The notes beneath the pieces are model-generated. The model had not been told where the DNA came from, did no database searches, and saw only the letters and a list, made by a program, of their open reading frames with translations. Below, one piece after another: positions 52,694 through 63,301 of a DNA stretch of 64,000 nucleotides. Positions within the stretch are counted from its first letter, which is position 1, and every line of letters starts with the position of its first letter. Source of the DNA: Terriglobia bacterium (GTDB lineage: Bacteria; Acidobacteriota; Terriglobia; 20CM-2-55-15); assembly GCA_965218585.1 (NCBI GenBank), contig CBDCLE010000024.1:64001-128000 (forward strand), written 5' to 3'. The position numbers and the translations under genes were made by a program.

Positions 52694-53392
52694 AGTGCCG
52701 GATGCCCAATGTCATAGGTGAGCCACTGATGGTGTCGCGCCTTGCGGGCTCCGCGCTCTGTCTTCGGGTTCAGTTGCTCAAGCTCCTCACGGACGCCAGG
52801 GGCCAGCCGGTCCCACACTATATCGTTTGTGTAGATTCCCACTACCTGTGGCCGATTGATTTTCATGCCTTGCCATTCCCAACCGCGAAGTCTGAAAATC
52901 TTCTTGTAGAACACGTCAGGGAATCGCTTGGCCCATTTTGCCTGCTCAGCCAAAAGATACTTATCGAGGATCTCTTGCAGGGCCCGACGGTCCCTGATCT
53001 CTTGGTAGCCAGTCGCTTCATCAATAAGGGCGGCGATTCCGACATGAGCAAGACCACGAATCAAAAGGTGCGCCTGGACCGCAACATGGAGTTGGTTCTT
53101 TGTAAGAACCCCGGCTTCTTCGGCGTCTATGAAGACGTTGCATACTGCGGGCAATAATTTGTCGGCGTACCCATAGGCCGAACCACCTTTTAACCTGTTG
53201 AATTCTATCTGACTCGACGTCACGCTTAACTTGCCTGGAATGAACGGGCTTAGGTTCTTTGCCGTCAGGAATGCGGGCATGTTGACGTCAGCGTCATAAT
53301 ACTTTCGCCCCTTAGCCTGTCTCGCCCTCCCCAGGGCCCTCATAAATCCGCTCTGAGTTATCAATCTCCGGCCGTCTTCCAGCACAGCGCAT
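52694..53392 (-). pseudogene. P63C-domain phage protein, truncated at both ends
   Basis: CAVLEDGRR, VGIAALIDEATGYQE.R, W.KRFP..FY, HHQWLT..IGHPAL. Confidence 0.85.
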
Positions 53393-53660
53393 TGTTGGAA
53401 CCACAAGGCGATGAACGTGGTTGACCATTTACCGAAGACCGAGCAGCCGGCCGGCAGACAACTCCTGCACGGGATGGCCTTCGCCGACTCCCGGGCTCAG
53501 TGTGAACGCAAGCGGGATCAGTTCATCCGGCGGTATCACAAGAACTATCCCAAAGCGGGTGAGACGCTGCTGCGGGACTGGGACCGGATGACCACCTTCT
53601 ACGACTTTCCAAAGGAGCACTGGACGCATCTGAGAACGACCAACATCGTCGAGTCGCCCT
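53393..53660 (+). mobile_element. Internal fragment of a diverged IS256 type A relative
   Basis: CWNHK..NVVDHLPKTEQP...RTTNIVESP, with many substitutions relative to type A. Confidence 0.85.
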
Positions 53661-53821
53661 AGTTCACTTGGCTGTACAACCGGCTATACAGAGAAGTGCC
53701 CTTCACGAAAGCTGCGATTCAGCAACCTGAGATAACGTGACCGGAATTTCTCTCGGCGATATTCTTTGCAGTATAGAAAGAGCAAGGGCGGGTGTGCGAA
53801 GGGCCAATACCCCCACCCGCC

Positions 53822-53842
53822 ACTTTGCCCATGACTTTGCCC
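53822..53842. repeat. Direct repeat ACTTTGCCC x2, possible integrase arm sites
   Basis: 12-bp spacing, about 150 bp from the tRNA fragment. Confidence 0.4.
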
Positions 53843-53990
53843 GTGCCGAACGGCCACGACCCAAACTCAACCAACTCCAGCCTAAGTACAGTCAACTTCA
53901 GCATCCGTAGAGGACTACCTGCTGCGCTATAATGTATTCTTGTGGTTATAGATACGCGGATAACCTGTGAAGAGAGAACCCACAACCCTG

Positions 53991-54036
53991 GGATTGTGGC
54001 TCCAGTGGTCGTGGGTTCAAGGCCCATCGCTCACCC
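53991..54036 (+). other. 3' half of tRNA-His(GUG), probable att site
   Basis: GGA-TTGTGGC-TCCAG, T-arm GTGGG-TTCAAGG-CCCAT, acceptor strand CGCTCACC. No D-arm or 5' acceptor strand upstream. Confidence 0.8.
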
Positions 54037-54043
54037 TTCCCAC

Positions 54044-56317
54044 ATGCACAATCTAAGAAGTCGCAGCGCTGCTTTGTTGATGGCCCTTCTGTTCGTGCAA
54101 GTCGCTTCGCTCGCTCAGGGTTCGGTATCGGATACCCTCAACATCCCGCGCTTGAATCGACCTCCGGAACTTGCCGAGTTCCTCGACATGCGTCCGCCCG
54201 CAGATCTTGCCCGGCAAATGGCGATGGTGTCGGATTTCATTCAACGCGAGCCAAGTGATGGAGAACCTGCCACTCAGCCGACGGAGGTCTACGTTGGCTA
54301 CGACGATGTGAACCTCTATGCGGTGTTTCTGGCCTTTGACAGCGACCCGGACGGCATTCGCGCCCGTATGAGTCCCCGGGAAGATACGGGCAGCGACGAC
54401 TGGGTCCACATCGTCCTGGATACGTTCAACGATCAACGGAACGGGTACATGTTTGGCGCATCACCGTTGGGCATTCAGTGGGACGCGCTGTGGACAGAAG
54501 GCCAGGGATCGGACGCTGCGTTCGATACCGTCTACGATTCTCAAGGTGCGCTGACCGATGAAGGATACGTTGTATCGATCGCCATTCCCTTTAAGAGCCT
54601 GCGGTTTTCGGCGGACGAGGTACAGACCTGGGGGCTGCTGTTCGGACGCAGCATTCCGCGCCTGAACGAGCAGTCCTACTGGCCGCAGTATTCCAGCCGT
54701 GTAGAAGGCCGCCTGAATCAGGCGGCCAGGGTCGACGGTCTTGAAGACGTCTCCTCTGGCCGCAATATCCAGTTGCTACCCTTTTTCGGATTTCGTTCTT
54801 TTCGGGCGATCGACCGGCGAGATCCGTCGCAGCCGTTCTTTTCTACGGACCGGGCGGCGACAGATGCGGGACTGGACGCAAAGTTCGTTATCCAGGACAG
54901 TCTGGTCGCTGATATCGCTGTCAACCCGGACTTCAGCCAGGTGGAGTCAGACGAACCACAGGTCACCGCCAATGAGCGCTTTGAAGTCTTCTTTCCGGAG
55001 AAACGCCCGTTCTTCCTCGAAAACGCCAGCTTTTTTCAGACGCCGATCAACCTGGTCTTCACGCGCCGCATTGCAGACCCTCAGTTCGGTGCGAGGCTCA
55101 CCGGTAAGGCGGGACCCTATTCGATCGGAGCGCTGGTGACCGATGACGAATCGCCGGGAAAGCGCGTGGCTACCGATCACCCCCAGTCCGGCAAGCGAGC
55201 GCGCTTCAGTATCGTTCGCCTCAACAGGGATATCCTGGATCAATCCAGTATCGGGATGATCTTCACCGAGCGCCGTTTCGATTCGACTTTTAACCGGGTC
55301 GGTGGCGTGGATACCCGCCTAAAGCTGAACGAAAACTGGGTGGCCGAGCTCCAGGCCGTCACGAGCACGACCCAGTTTGCCGACGGGTCCCGACGGTCCG
55401 GTCCTGCATACGAAGTGCTTTTGAATCGAAGCGGCCGTCAGTTCAATCTCAACGCCCTCTATTCGGACAGAAGCGCGGGCTTTGTCACCGAGGCCGGATT
55501 CAACCCGCGAGGGGATATCCGAACCGCCCAGATCGGTGGGTCGTACTCGTTCCGGCCGGAAGGGCGTTATTGGATCTCGACCACGCCCGGTATTACGCTG
55601 ATTCACACCATGGATCGGGAAGGGAAACGGCTGGAACAACTCTACACACCCGGAATCGATTGGGAGTTTGTAGGTCAGACGTTCGTGAGTGTTTATTACA
55701 AACCGGAGCGCCTGAGGCTGCGACCTTCCGAAGCGGCTGTTATCCAGGATCGTGAATTCACGCGTGGTGTTTTCGGTTTTAACTTCAGCACCAGTCTCGT
55801 TTCCGAGTTCGAAATCGACGGGGCCTACGAAAAGGGAGGAGCGGTCAATTTCAGACCGGTTGCCGGACAGGAGGCATCGATGGAGAATCGGTCCTGGACT
55901 AACGTGGGCGTCACGTTGAAACCGGGACGCCAGCTGAGCATTTCGAACCGCTATCTGTTCACGAAACTCGGGGACCGCGAAAGCGATGCGACGATTTTCA
56001 ATGATCACATCATCCGTTCCCGCTGGAACTGGCAGTTTACGCGTGAGTTGTCGGTCCGTGTCATCCTGCAATACGAAGCGTTGCTGGCCAACTCGGAATT
56101 CACGAGTCTCGACACCCGAAAAAACTTCAACACCGACTTTCTGTTCGTGTACCAGCTCAACGCCTGGACCGCCCTGTATGCCGGTTACAACAGTAATCTA
56201 CAGAACATCGACATCGTCCCAACCGCAACAGGTTCTGAAATCATCCGAACGCCGAATGATTTGATCAACGATTCCCACCAGTTGTTCGCCAAGTTCTCCT
56301 ACCTGATCCGCTTCTAA
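54044..56317 (+). CDS. CBM9-like plus DUF5916 outer-membrane protein
   Basis: FIQREP..GEPA..TEV..YD, IPFKSLRF, NPDFSQVESD, FPEKRPFFLE; C-terminal Phe. Confidence 0.88.
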   Translation: MHNLRSRSAALLMALLFVQVASLAQGSVSDTLNIPRLNRPPELAEFLDMRPPADLARQMAMVSDFIQREPSDGEPATQPTEVYVGYDDVNLYAVFLAFDSDPDGIRARMSPREDTGSDDWVHIVLDTFNDQRNGYMFGASPLGIQWDALWTEGQGSDAAFDTVYDSQGALTDEGYVVSIAIPFKSLRFSADEVQTWGLLFGRSIPRLNEQSYWPQYSSRVEGRLNQAARVDGLEDVSSGRNIQLLPFFGFRSFRAIDRRDPSQPFFSTDRAATDAGLDAKFVIQDSLVADIAVNPDFSQVESDEPQVTANERFEVFFPEKRPFFLENASFFQTPINLVFTRRIADPQFGARLTGKAGPYSIGALVTDDESPGKRVATDHPQSGKRARFSIVRLNRDILDQSSIGMIFTERRFDSTFNRVGGVDTRLKLNENWVAELQAVTSTTQFADGSRRSGPAYEVLLNRSGRQFNLNALYSDRSAGFVTEAGFNPRGDIRTAQIGGSYSFRPEGRYWISTTPGITLIHTMDREGKRLEQLYTPGIDWEFVGQTFVSVYYKPERLRLRPSEAAVIQDREFTRGVFGFNFSTSLVSEFEIDGAYEKGGAVNFRPVAGQEASMENRSWTNVGVTLKPGRQLSISNRYLFTKLGDRESDATIFNDHIIRSRWNWQFTRELSVRVILQYEALLANSEFTSLDTRKNFNTDFLFVYQLNAWTALYAGYNSNLQNIDIVPTATGSEIIRTPNDLINDSHQLFAKFSYLIRF

Positions 56318-56620
56318 CGCACGAGTCTGACCGCAGGTGCAACCTATGAAACTGTAGCCCGTTGGAAACTACACCGACAGCAGTTCGTGCGAGTCCAGAC
56401 AGTCCGCTCAAAACAAAAGGTTTTCTGGCTGCTGACAACACCGTGTGCCGGGGATCTGAGACTTTGTTTGCGTCTAACCCCCTGCCCGAGTATTCTTTAC
56501 CGAGTTTTCATGATCCGTTTCGAGATCGTTAATAATCGTTAATAGATGATGGCATCGCGCACTCAGATGCCGGCGACCCTAGACAGCCGTAACGTTCCCG
56601 ACCGAGAGAAGGAGAAGAAG

Positions 56621-58666
56621 ATGAATGGAAACCCGACACGCCTTCGGCGACGGCCCGAGCTTTGTATCGTTCTGGCGGTGGTCGTTCTGTTGGCCATACC
56701 GACACTGGGCTTAACGCAGGAGCGTGGCAATCCGTTTGGGGAGTGGCGCTTTCAGAGTGCGGACGCCTGGGGTACCCGCTTCTCGCCCGTTGACCAGATC
56801 AACGGAGAGAACTTTGAGGACCTCGAAGTAGCGTGGATCTTCCGTGGGGACAATTTCGGTCCCACACCGGAGATCACCTCTCGCTCGACCCCAACCTACA
56901 TCGACGGAGTCCTTTATACAGTCGTCGGAAAACGACGTACGGTCGTGGCGATGGATCCGGCCACCGGAGAAACGCTCTGGACTTTCCGCGAACCCAGCAC
57001 AACGCGGTGGGAGCGATCCATGCGGGCCGGCTACGGGAAGGGAGTCGCTTACGGAGAATTGGACGGCCGTGGGGTGATTTACATCACTACGCCTGCCTTC
57101 TTCCTCCACGCGATCGACGCAAAGACGGGTGAGCATCTGGAGAACTGGGGCACCCAGGTCCCGCTGGACGGCTTTCCCGAGACCGGAGTCGTGGACTTGC
57201 TCGGAGACCTCCTGCCGGGTTGGGGGCCCTACGAGGATTACGGCCGCCCCTACGATCCGGACTACGGGATCCCGGAGGAGCTGGGATACATCACCAACTC
57301 GTCGCCCCCGATCGTCGTGAACGGCGTCGTGGTGGTAGGGAGTTCCGCTGAGCAGGGCTACAACCAGACCCGTATCGAAAACGTTCCGAACGACATCCTG
57401 GCTTATGACGCCCAGACCGGGGAGCACCTGTGGAAGTTCAACGTGATCCCCCGGCCCGGCGAGTTCGGGAACGAGACCTGGTTGAACGATGCCTGGTCGT
57501 ACACAGGAGACGTCTCCTCGTGGGCCCCGCTGTCCGCCGATGAAGAACTCGGCATTGTCTACATCCCGACCAATCCGCCCACCGTCGACTACTTCGGCGG
57601 ATTCCGCCCCGGCGAAAACTTGTTCGGTACCAGCGTCATCGCTCTGGACGTCCAGACCGGAGAGCGCGTGTGGCACTTCCAGACGGTTCACAACGATCAG
57701 TGGAACTACGACCTTCCGAATGTGCCGATGCTTGTGGACATCACCGTGGACGGGGAAGAAATCCCGGCGGTGATTCAGACCACCAAACAAGGGATGATCT
57801 TTACGTTCAACAGGGAAACCGGCGAACCAGTGTGGCCGATCGAAGAGCGCGCGGTGCCCCAGACGGTGGTCCCTGGTAACTGGACTTCGCCCACCCAACC
57901 CTTCCCGACCAGGCCGGAGCCATTCGAGCCGCTCGGGCTTTCCGAGGACCGCCTGATCGACTTCACTCCCGAGCTCAAGGAAGAAGCTCTGGGAATCATG
58001 AGCGAATTCCAGATCGGCGGCCCGTACTCGCCAAGGGTTCACGTGGGTTATGACGGGCTGGCAAATGTCACCTGCACAGGCGGGCTGAACATCACACATC
58101 CGGCCGCGATGGATCCAACGACAGGAATCATGTACGTGTCGCACGGGCCGAATTGCAATGGGGGCAGGGTGGCGCCCGGCGTCGAAATGGACGTCCCCGA
58201 CGTCCGTTCCACCACCGGAACGACAATCGCCGAGTGGGTGGCCGGTCCGGGTCTGGGCTTCTCGGGTCCCGAAGATCTTCCAATCTTCAAGGATCCGTAC
58301 AACAGGGCCTCGGCTTACGACATGAACACGGGCGAGCGGCTCTACTGGGTTCCTATCGGGGAGCCGACGGATGCGATGAAGAACAATGCGGCCCTCGAAG
58401 GAGTGGACCTGTCGGGCGCCGGCGGCGGCAGCCGGGCTATCCTGATGGTCACGGGCAGCCTGCTCCTCACTGCCGAGGTCATGGGCGACGGGCCGGTCCT
58501 CAACGCCCGGGACAAGAGGACCGGTGAGCTGCTCGGAACAGTCGAGCTTCCGACGCGCGCACAGTACGGCATGATGACCTACCTGCACGAGGGCAAACAG
58601 TACATAGCTGTCCAGATTGGCGGTCGGGATTATCCGAGCTCACTGGTGGTGCTCCGACTGCCGTAA
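56621..58666 (+). CDS. PQQ-dependent dehydrogenase (quinoprotein glucose dehydrogenase-like)
   Basis: Trp-docking repeats (DPATGETLW, DAQTGEHLW, DVQTGERVWHFQ), WNYD, MTY..EGKQYI. Confidence 0.9.
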   Translation: MNGNPTRLRRRPELCIVLAVVVLLAIPTLGLTQERGNPFGEWRFQSADAWGTRFSPVDQINGENFEDLEVAWIFRGDNFGPTPEITSRSTPTYIDGVLYTVVGKRRTVVAMDPATGETLWTFREPSTTRWERSMRAGYGKGVAYGELDGRGVIYITTPAFFLHAIDAKTGEHLENWGTQVPLDGFPETGVVDLLGDLLPGWGPYEDYGRPYDPDYGIPEELGYITNSSPPIVVNGVVVVGSSAEQGYNQTRIENVPNDILAYDAQTGEHLWKFNVIPRPGEFGNETWLNDAWSYTGDVSSWAPLSADEELGIVYIPTNPPTVDYFGGFRPGENLFGTSVIALDVQTGERVWHFQTVHNDQWNYDLPNVPMLVDITVDGEEIPAVIQTTKQGMIFTFNRETGEPVWPIEERAVPQTVVPGNWTSPTQPFPTRPEPFEPLGLSEDRLIDFTPELKEEALGIMSEFQIGGPYSPRVHVGYDGLANVTCTGGLNITHPAAMDPTTGIMYVSHGPNCNGGRVAPGVEMDVPDVRSTTGTTIAEWVAGPGLGFSGPEDLPIFKDPYNRASAYDMNTGERLYWVPIGEPTDAMKNNAALEGVDLSGAGGGSRAILMVTGSLLLTAEVMGDGPVLNARDKRTGELLGTVELPTRAQYGMMTYLHEGKQYIAVQIGGRDYPSSLVVLRLP

Positions 58667-58684
58667 CCAAGCCGATGACTCTAA

Positions 58685-58712
58685 GCCTGCCCTGGTGTAG
58701 ACCGGGGCAGGC
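58685..58712 (+). terminator. Stem-loop after the PQQ dehydrogenase gene
   Basis: GCCTGCCCTGGT-GTAG-ACCGGGGCAGGC; weak U-tract. Confidence 0.5.
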
Positions 58713-58849
58713 AATCTCTTCCTCAGTTCGGCCACATTTGTTGACCCCGCCTTCCCTTGCGGCTAGTCTTGACCCAGAAACCCGTCAAGACCCGTTGGAG
58801 TCCAACTATTCTTGTGCTCGGAAGCTGCTGCGGGCTGAAGGAGAACGCA

Positions 58850-59257
58850 ATGTTGAAATGGACTATCAGTGCTTTCTTGGTCGTGTTCGCTCTGTTCCTC
58901 TCTGTAACTCCAGCTCTACCTCATCATTCGTTTGCAGCCATATTCGATAAGGAACAACCGTTCACCGTGACTGGGTTGCTCAATAGGGTGGAATGGAAAA
59001 ATCCACACATGTTCTTCCACGTGGACGTTACAGGAGAAGATGGACAGGTTGTGACGTGGGCATTTGAAGGTTATCCACCAACCATGATGATTCGGCAGGG
59101 ATGGTCACGCGATTCGGTGAACCCTGGGGACAGGGTGACGGTAACAGGATGGCGAGCACACAGGGGATCGCGACCCGTGGCTGGAGGAAATCGGATGACC
59201 TTACCTGACGGGCGCATCCTGCCCATAGGTGCCAGTTCCGAAGCAGAAAACCGCTAG
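58850..59257 (+). CDS. DUF6152-family secreted protein
   Basis: AAGGAG RBS, signal peptide, HHSFAA.FD, EWKNPH, GW..DSVNPGD.VTVTG, LPDGR. Confidence 0.88.
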   Translation: MLKWTISAFLVVFALFLSVTPALPHHSFAAIFDKEQPFTVTGLLNRVEWKNPHMFFHVDVTGEDGQVVTWAFEGYPPTMMIRQGWSRDSVNPGDRVTVTGWRAHRGSRPVAGGNRMTLPDGRILPIGASSEAENR

Positions 59258-60994
59258 CCCGCATGTTTCACCAGTCCGGCGATCAGGGGGATTTGGGCAG
59301 TAAGAATCGGATTCGGGAGGATCTGGGTTCGAATTGGGCATGTGTGGCGTGACTCGGCGGTGTCGACAAGCGGGAGTTGCTGCGTTTTCGGGTTCAGAAG
59401 AGGGTGACGAAACGCACTGAGACAAACCTCGGCGGAGCCGAAAAGAGCGAGTCGATTTTGGCGCAGGGGATCGGGTCGGTTCTCAGCAGCGCAGAGGAAG
59501 CGCCTGCAGGTTTCGATGGACGAGGGCAAAGACCTCGGCGTAGGGATAGGCTTCCGACATGGAGATCCAGATGTTGCGAACCGTCAGACGGACTTGAGCT
59601 CCGATCTTGAGGAGCTTCAAGCGGATCGTCTGGCACTGAGCGCGGGCCAGATCGGTATTCTTCAGTCCCAGACGGCGTAACGCGTGCAGGAGCATGTAGG
59701 CGGCCGAGGACAGATAGAGCCGGAGTTGATTGGCGCGCATGGTTGCCGCGCTGGTCCGGTCGGCGAATAGATCCAACTGCTGTTCCTTGATGCGATTTTC
59801 CATGTCGCCCCGCGCACAGTAAAAGTCTTCATAGAGGGCGCGGGCGTCCAGGCGTTCCGGCGACAGTGAGGTCACAACGAATCGAGGATTGGCGCCTTTC
59901 TCCAGGAACTCGGCCTTGCCGATGACGCGTCGGGTGCAGGTCCAGCTCTTCCGAGTGCGATACCGGAAATCGTTAAACACCCGCGCCGGTTTCCCGGTGT
60001 CGTTAAACTCGGCTTCGGCCTGACTCATCGATTCAGCGATCTCGCGCTTGAGCCGATCGTTCTTGGCCAGACCCACCACGTAATCGACCTGGTGGGCCTC
60101 GCACCAACTCAGCAATTCATCCCGGCAAAAGCCCGAGTCGGCCCGGATGATAATCGACACCTCCGGCCAGCTCTGCCGGATCTGGCCGATGATGCGGTTC
60201 AATTCCTCGACGGCGCCGTCCGCACCGTCGACATTGGAGCACCGCAACCGGGCGCATAGCAGATGCTCTCCCGAAAAGATGTAGAGCGGCAGATAACAGT
60301 AGTTGCCGTAGTAGCCGTGAAAGAACCGTCCTTCCTGATGGCCATGGATCGGATCATCGGTCGCATCCAGGTCCAGAACAATCTCCTCGGGCGCCGATCC
60401 GTGAGCCGCCACAAATGCATCCACCATCCAGCGGTCGATCTTGTCCGGGTCCATGGCAATCTTCTTGTACCGCTCCTTCCCATCGACTTGCTCCCCGGTC
60501 AGTTCCAACCGGTTCAGCGTACACTTGCCCGCCAACGCTTTTCCCCGGTCTCGGGCCTGCCGCCGCTTCTCCCCCAGTGGATCGGCCTTATCCACCGCCA
60601 CGGCCAGCATCGGATCGGTCCGCAGTTGGTCATGATCGTTCAGATCCTCGTAGCCCAGACAGAGTCCGTAGACGCGCTGCCCCAATAACTCGCTCACCGT
60701 GTGTTCGATCAACCTCGCGTCCCGGTAATCCCTGAAACACTCGGCCAGTCCGGCGATCAGACCCGTTCGCTTTTCCACTTCCCTCAACAGCAGAACCCCA
60801 GCGTCGGAGATGATCTTTCCGCCGTCAAAACGCGCCTTCACTTTTCGTTGAAGAAGTCCGTGAAATTCGAACGTCGTTTGGTTACACTCTGTTCTCATAA
60901 GGGCCGTCTCCGTTTGGCTTGTTAAACGTTTATTTCAAAACGCTTTATGCCAGACAGGGCGGCCTTTTCTGGTCCTATTGGTGAAATATGCGGG
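59258..60994 (-). mobile_element. IS1380 copy 3, complete, transposase 59483-60898
   Basis: 1737 bp, same IRs as copy 1; CTAG at 59254-59257 and 60995-60998. Confidence 0.95.
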
Positions 60995-61132
60995 CTAGGT
61001 CGAATTTGATCGGGTTGGCAACCAACTTCTTGAGAACCCATAGTCGATACGATATCTTCGCCGCCTGAAGACCTCTGCGTCTCAGCGTTGAAAACCAACT
61101 GTCGGTTAGATATGGCGTGCGAGCGTAGGATG

Positions 61133-62050
61133 CTATTTGGAGTCAATCACGAGTTCGGGTTCGGAGATGATCACCCGGGTATGGGGTGGAACCGAACGGA
61201 TCAGCCAGACGTTACCGCCGATGACTGAGCCCTTCCCGATGACCGTGTCCCCACCCAGAATGGTCGCGCCGGCGTAAATCACCACGTCGTCTTCGATGGT
61301 GGGGTGTCGCTTCTTTCCCCTCACGATCTGGCCTTCTTCGTCCTTGGCAAAGCTCAACGCGCCGATCGTGACACCCTGGTATATCTTTACCCTGTCGCCG
61401 ATCAGCGTAGTCTCGCCAATGACGACTCCCGTTCCGTGGTCGATAAAGAATCCCCTTCCAAGAGTTGCGCCTGGATGAATATCGATGCCGGTTCGCGAAT
61501 GCGCGTGTTCAGTCATGATACGGGGAAGCAAGGGGACACCGATCCGGGTGAGTTCGTGTGCGATGCGGTAGACGCTGATCGCATAGATCGCCGGATAGGC
61601 GACGATGACTTCATCTGTGCTCTTTGCTGCGGGGTCGCCATCGTAACCCGCCTGAACGTCTTCAGAGAGCTGTCGGCGCAGGCCCGGAATCCTTTGGAGA
61701 AGGTCCAGTGACTGGTCCTCGGCAATGGAATAGCAGTGCGTGCAGACATCCCCTGAAAGTTCGCATTCCGGCCGCACGCTGCGGTAAACCTCTTCTGTCA
61801 ACCTGGCGTAGATCGAATCGAGCAGCGCCTCGACGTGCTCGTCGATATTCGATTCTTCGACGTGTTTTTGACGGTGGTATCCCGGATAAATCACTTCTAG
61901 GAGGTCGTCGAGAATCTGGATGATCGCAGCTTTGTCGGGAAGCGGGACGATGTCCAGGTGTTGAAGTTTGGGTTCTAGCCTCCCGTAGGTGTCCAGAACG
62001 GCCCGCGCAATATCGCGAACCTCGCCGCGCTTCTTGAGATGTTCGCTCAT
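61133..62050 (-). CDS. cysE: Serine O-acetyltransferase (EpsC/CysE type)
   Basis: GDPAA, YRIAH, TGIDIHPGA, FFIDHGTG, YQGVT.GA, KRHPT. Confidence 0.92.
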   Translation of the reverse strand: MSEHLKKRGEVRDIARAVLDTYGRLEPKLQHLDIVPLPDKAAIIQILDDLLEVIYPGYHRQKHVEESNIDEHVEALLDSIYARLTEEVYRSVRPECELSGDVCTHCYSIAEDQSLDLLQRIPGLRRQLSEDVQAGYDGDPAAKSTDEVIVAYPAIYAISVYRIAHELTRIGVPLLPRIMTEHAHSRTGIDIHPGATLGRGFFIDHGTGVVIGETTLIGDRVKIYQGVTIGALSFAKDEEGQIVRGKKRHPTIEDDVVIYAGATILGGDTVIGKGSVIGGNVWLIRSVPPHTRVIISEPELVIDSK

Positions 62051-62080
62051 GATTCTGACGCTCGAGGGCTGATTGCCGAC

Positions 62081-63271
62081 TCAGGGCTTCCAGTTCTCGA
62101 GCGCGTTCTTGACGTTTGCCATGAACTGGTCCGCGACCACTCCGTCGATGATTCGATGGTCGAACGACAGCACAATGTAGGCCCGCGGCCTTACCGCTAT
62201 TGCGTCATCGACGACCACGGGGCGACGTTCGATGCTGCCGACTTCCAGTATAGCAACCTGAGGTTGGTTGATGATGGCGATTCCAAACAGGCCTCCGAGG
62301 TTCCCCGGGTTGGTAACTGTGAATGTTCCGCCGCCCACTTCGTCGGGGAGGAGTTTCTTGGTGCGGGCCCGTTCTCCAAAGTCGGAGACTGCGCGGGCCA
62401 CATCGAGCAGATTCAGTTCGTCAGCCTTTCGGATGACCGGTACGATCAGGCCGTCATCGAGAGCGACAGCTACGCCTACGCTGATGGTCTTCTTGTAGAC
62501 GACACTGTTACCGTCGACGATCGAGTTGATTACGGGAAATTTCCGAAGAGCCCGTGCGGCTGCATGAATGAAGAACGGCGTAATTGTCAACTTGACGCCC
62601 GCACGTTCAAACTCCGCTTTGAGGGCTGTCCGTGCACTGAGGATCGCGGAGCAATCCACCTCAAATACTGTCGCCGCATGGGCCGAGGTGCGTTTGCTTG
62701 CGGTCATATGTTCCGCAATGGACTTCCGCATCGCGGTCATCGGTACGCGTTCGCCCGTTTCTTCCGTTCCAGCTGATTTTTCTTCTACGCGCTGTTCCAT
62801 AAAGCTCTGGATGTCCCGCTTTGTAATGCGGCCGCCTTCTCCGGTCCCCTTGCCTTCCAGCTCGCCCAGATCGATGCCATGCTCCCGCGCCATTCGGCGG
62901 ACCATCGGAGATGATGGAGTCACTGCACCTTCCTGAGGTTTGGAAGCTTGGGCAGATGCAGGTTTCGGTTCGTCAGGCTTTTCGGTCCTGGGTTTCCCTG
63001 ACTCGGTGGACGAGGAGACCTCATCACTTCCCGAGCCCGCAATTACCGCGACGATCGTGTTTATTTCGACCGTCTCACCTTCCTCAATGAGGATTTCTTT
63101 AAGCGTTCCCGCGGCGGGAGAGGGAATCTCGGAGTCGATCTTGTCGGTCGAAATTTCGAAAAGCGGTTCGTCGCGCTGGATCGTGTCGCCGGCTTCCTTA
63201 AGCCACTTTGTAATGGTGCCTTCAAAGATGCTTTCGCCCATCTGGGGCATGATCACGTTAGTTTCTGGCAT
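62081..63271 (-). CDS. 2-oxoacid dehydrogenase E2 (dihydrolipoamide acyltransferase)
   Basis: Lipoyl motif STDKI, E3-binding GTGEGGRIT, catalytic FDHRIIDG. Confidence 0.95.
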   Translation of the reverse strand: MPETNVIMPQMGESIFEGTITKWLKEAGDTIQRDEPLFEISTDKIDSEIPSPAAGTLKEILIEEGETVEINTIVAVIAGSGSDEVSSSTESGKPRTEKPDEPKPASAQASKPQEGAVTPSSPMVRRMAREHGIDLGELEGKGTGEGGRITKRDIQSFMEQRVEEKSAGTEETGERVPMTAMRKSIAEHMTASKRTSAHAATVFEVDCSAILSARTALKAEFERAGVKLTITPFFIHAAARALRKFPVINSIVDGNSVVYKKTISVGVAVALDDGLIVPVIRKADELNLLDVARAVSDFGERARTKKLLPDEVGGGTFTVTNPGNLGGLFGIAIINQPQVAILEVGSIERRPVVVDDAIAVRPRAYIVLSFDHRIIDGVVADQFMANVKNALENWKP

Positions 63272-63301
63272 GAAATCCAGGTCCTCTTACCTTTTAGGAG
63301 T

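Noticed and set aside
53991-54036. Functional tRNA-His gene
   Set aside because: The 5' acceptor strand and D-arm are absent and there is no CCA; treated as an att fragment.
53942-54043. N-terminal extension of the DUF5916 ORF
   Set aside because: It reads through the tRNA fragment; the signal peptide starts near 54044.
56711-58588. 625-aa antisense ORF (likewise 2202-3401, 21802-22812, 27190-28170 and similar)
   Set aside because: Shadow frames of well-supported genes in GC-rich DNA, with no motifs.
61070-61092. CTCTGCGTCTCAGCGTT REP-like motif
   Set aside because: A single half-site with no partner arm in the window.
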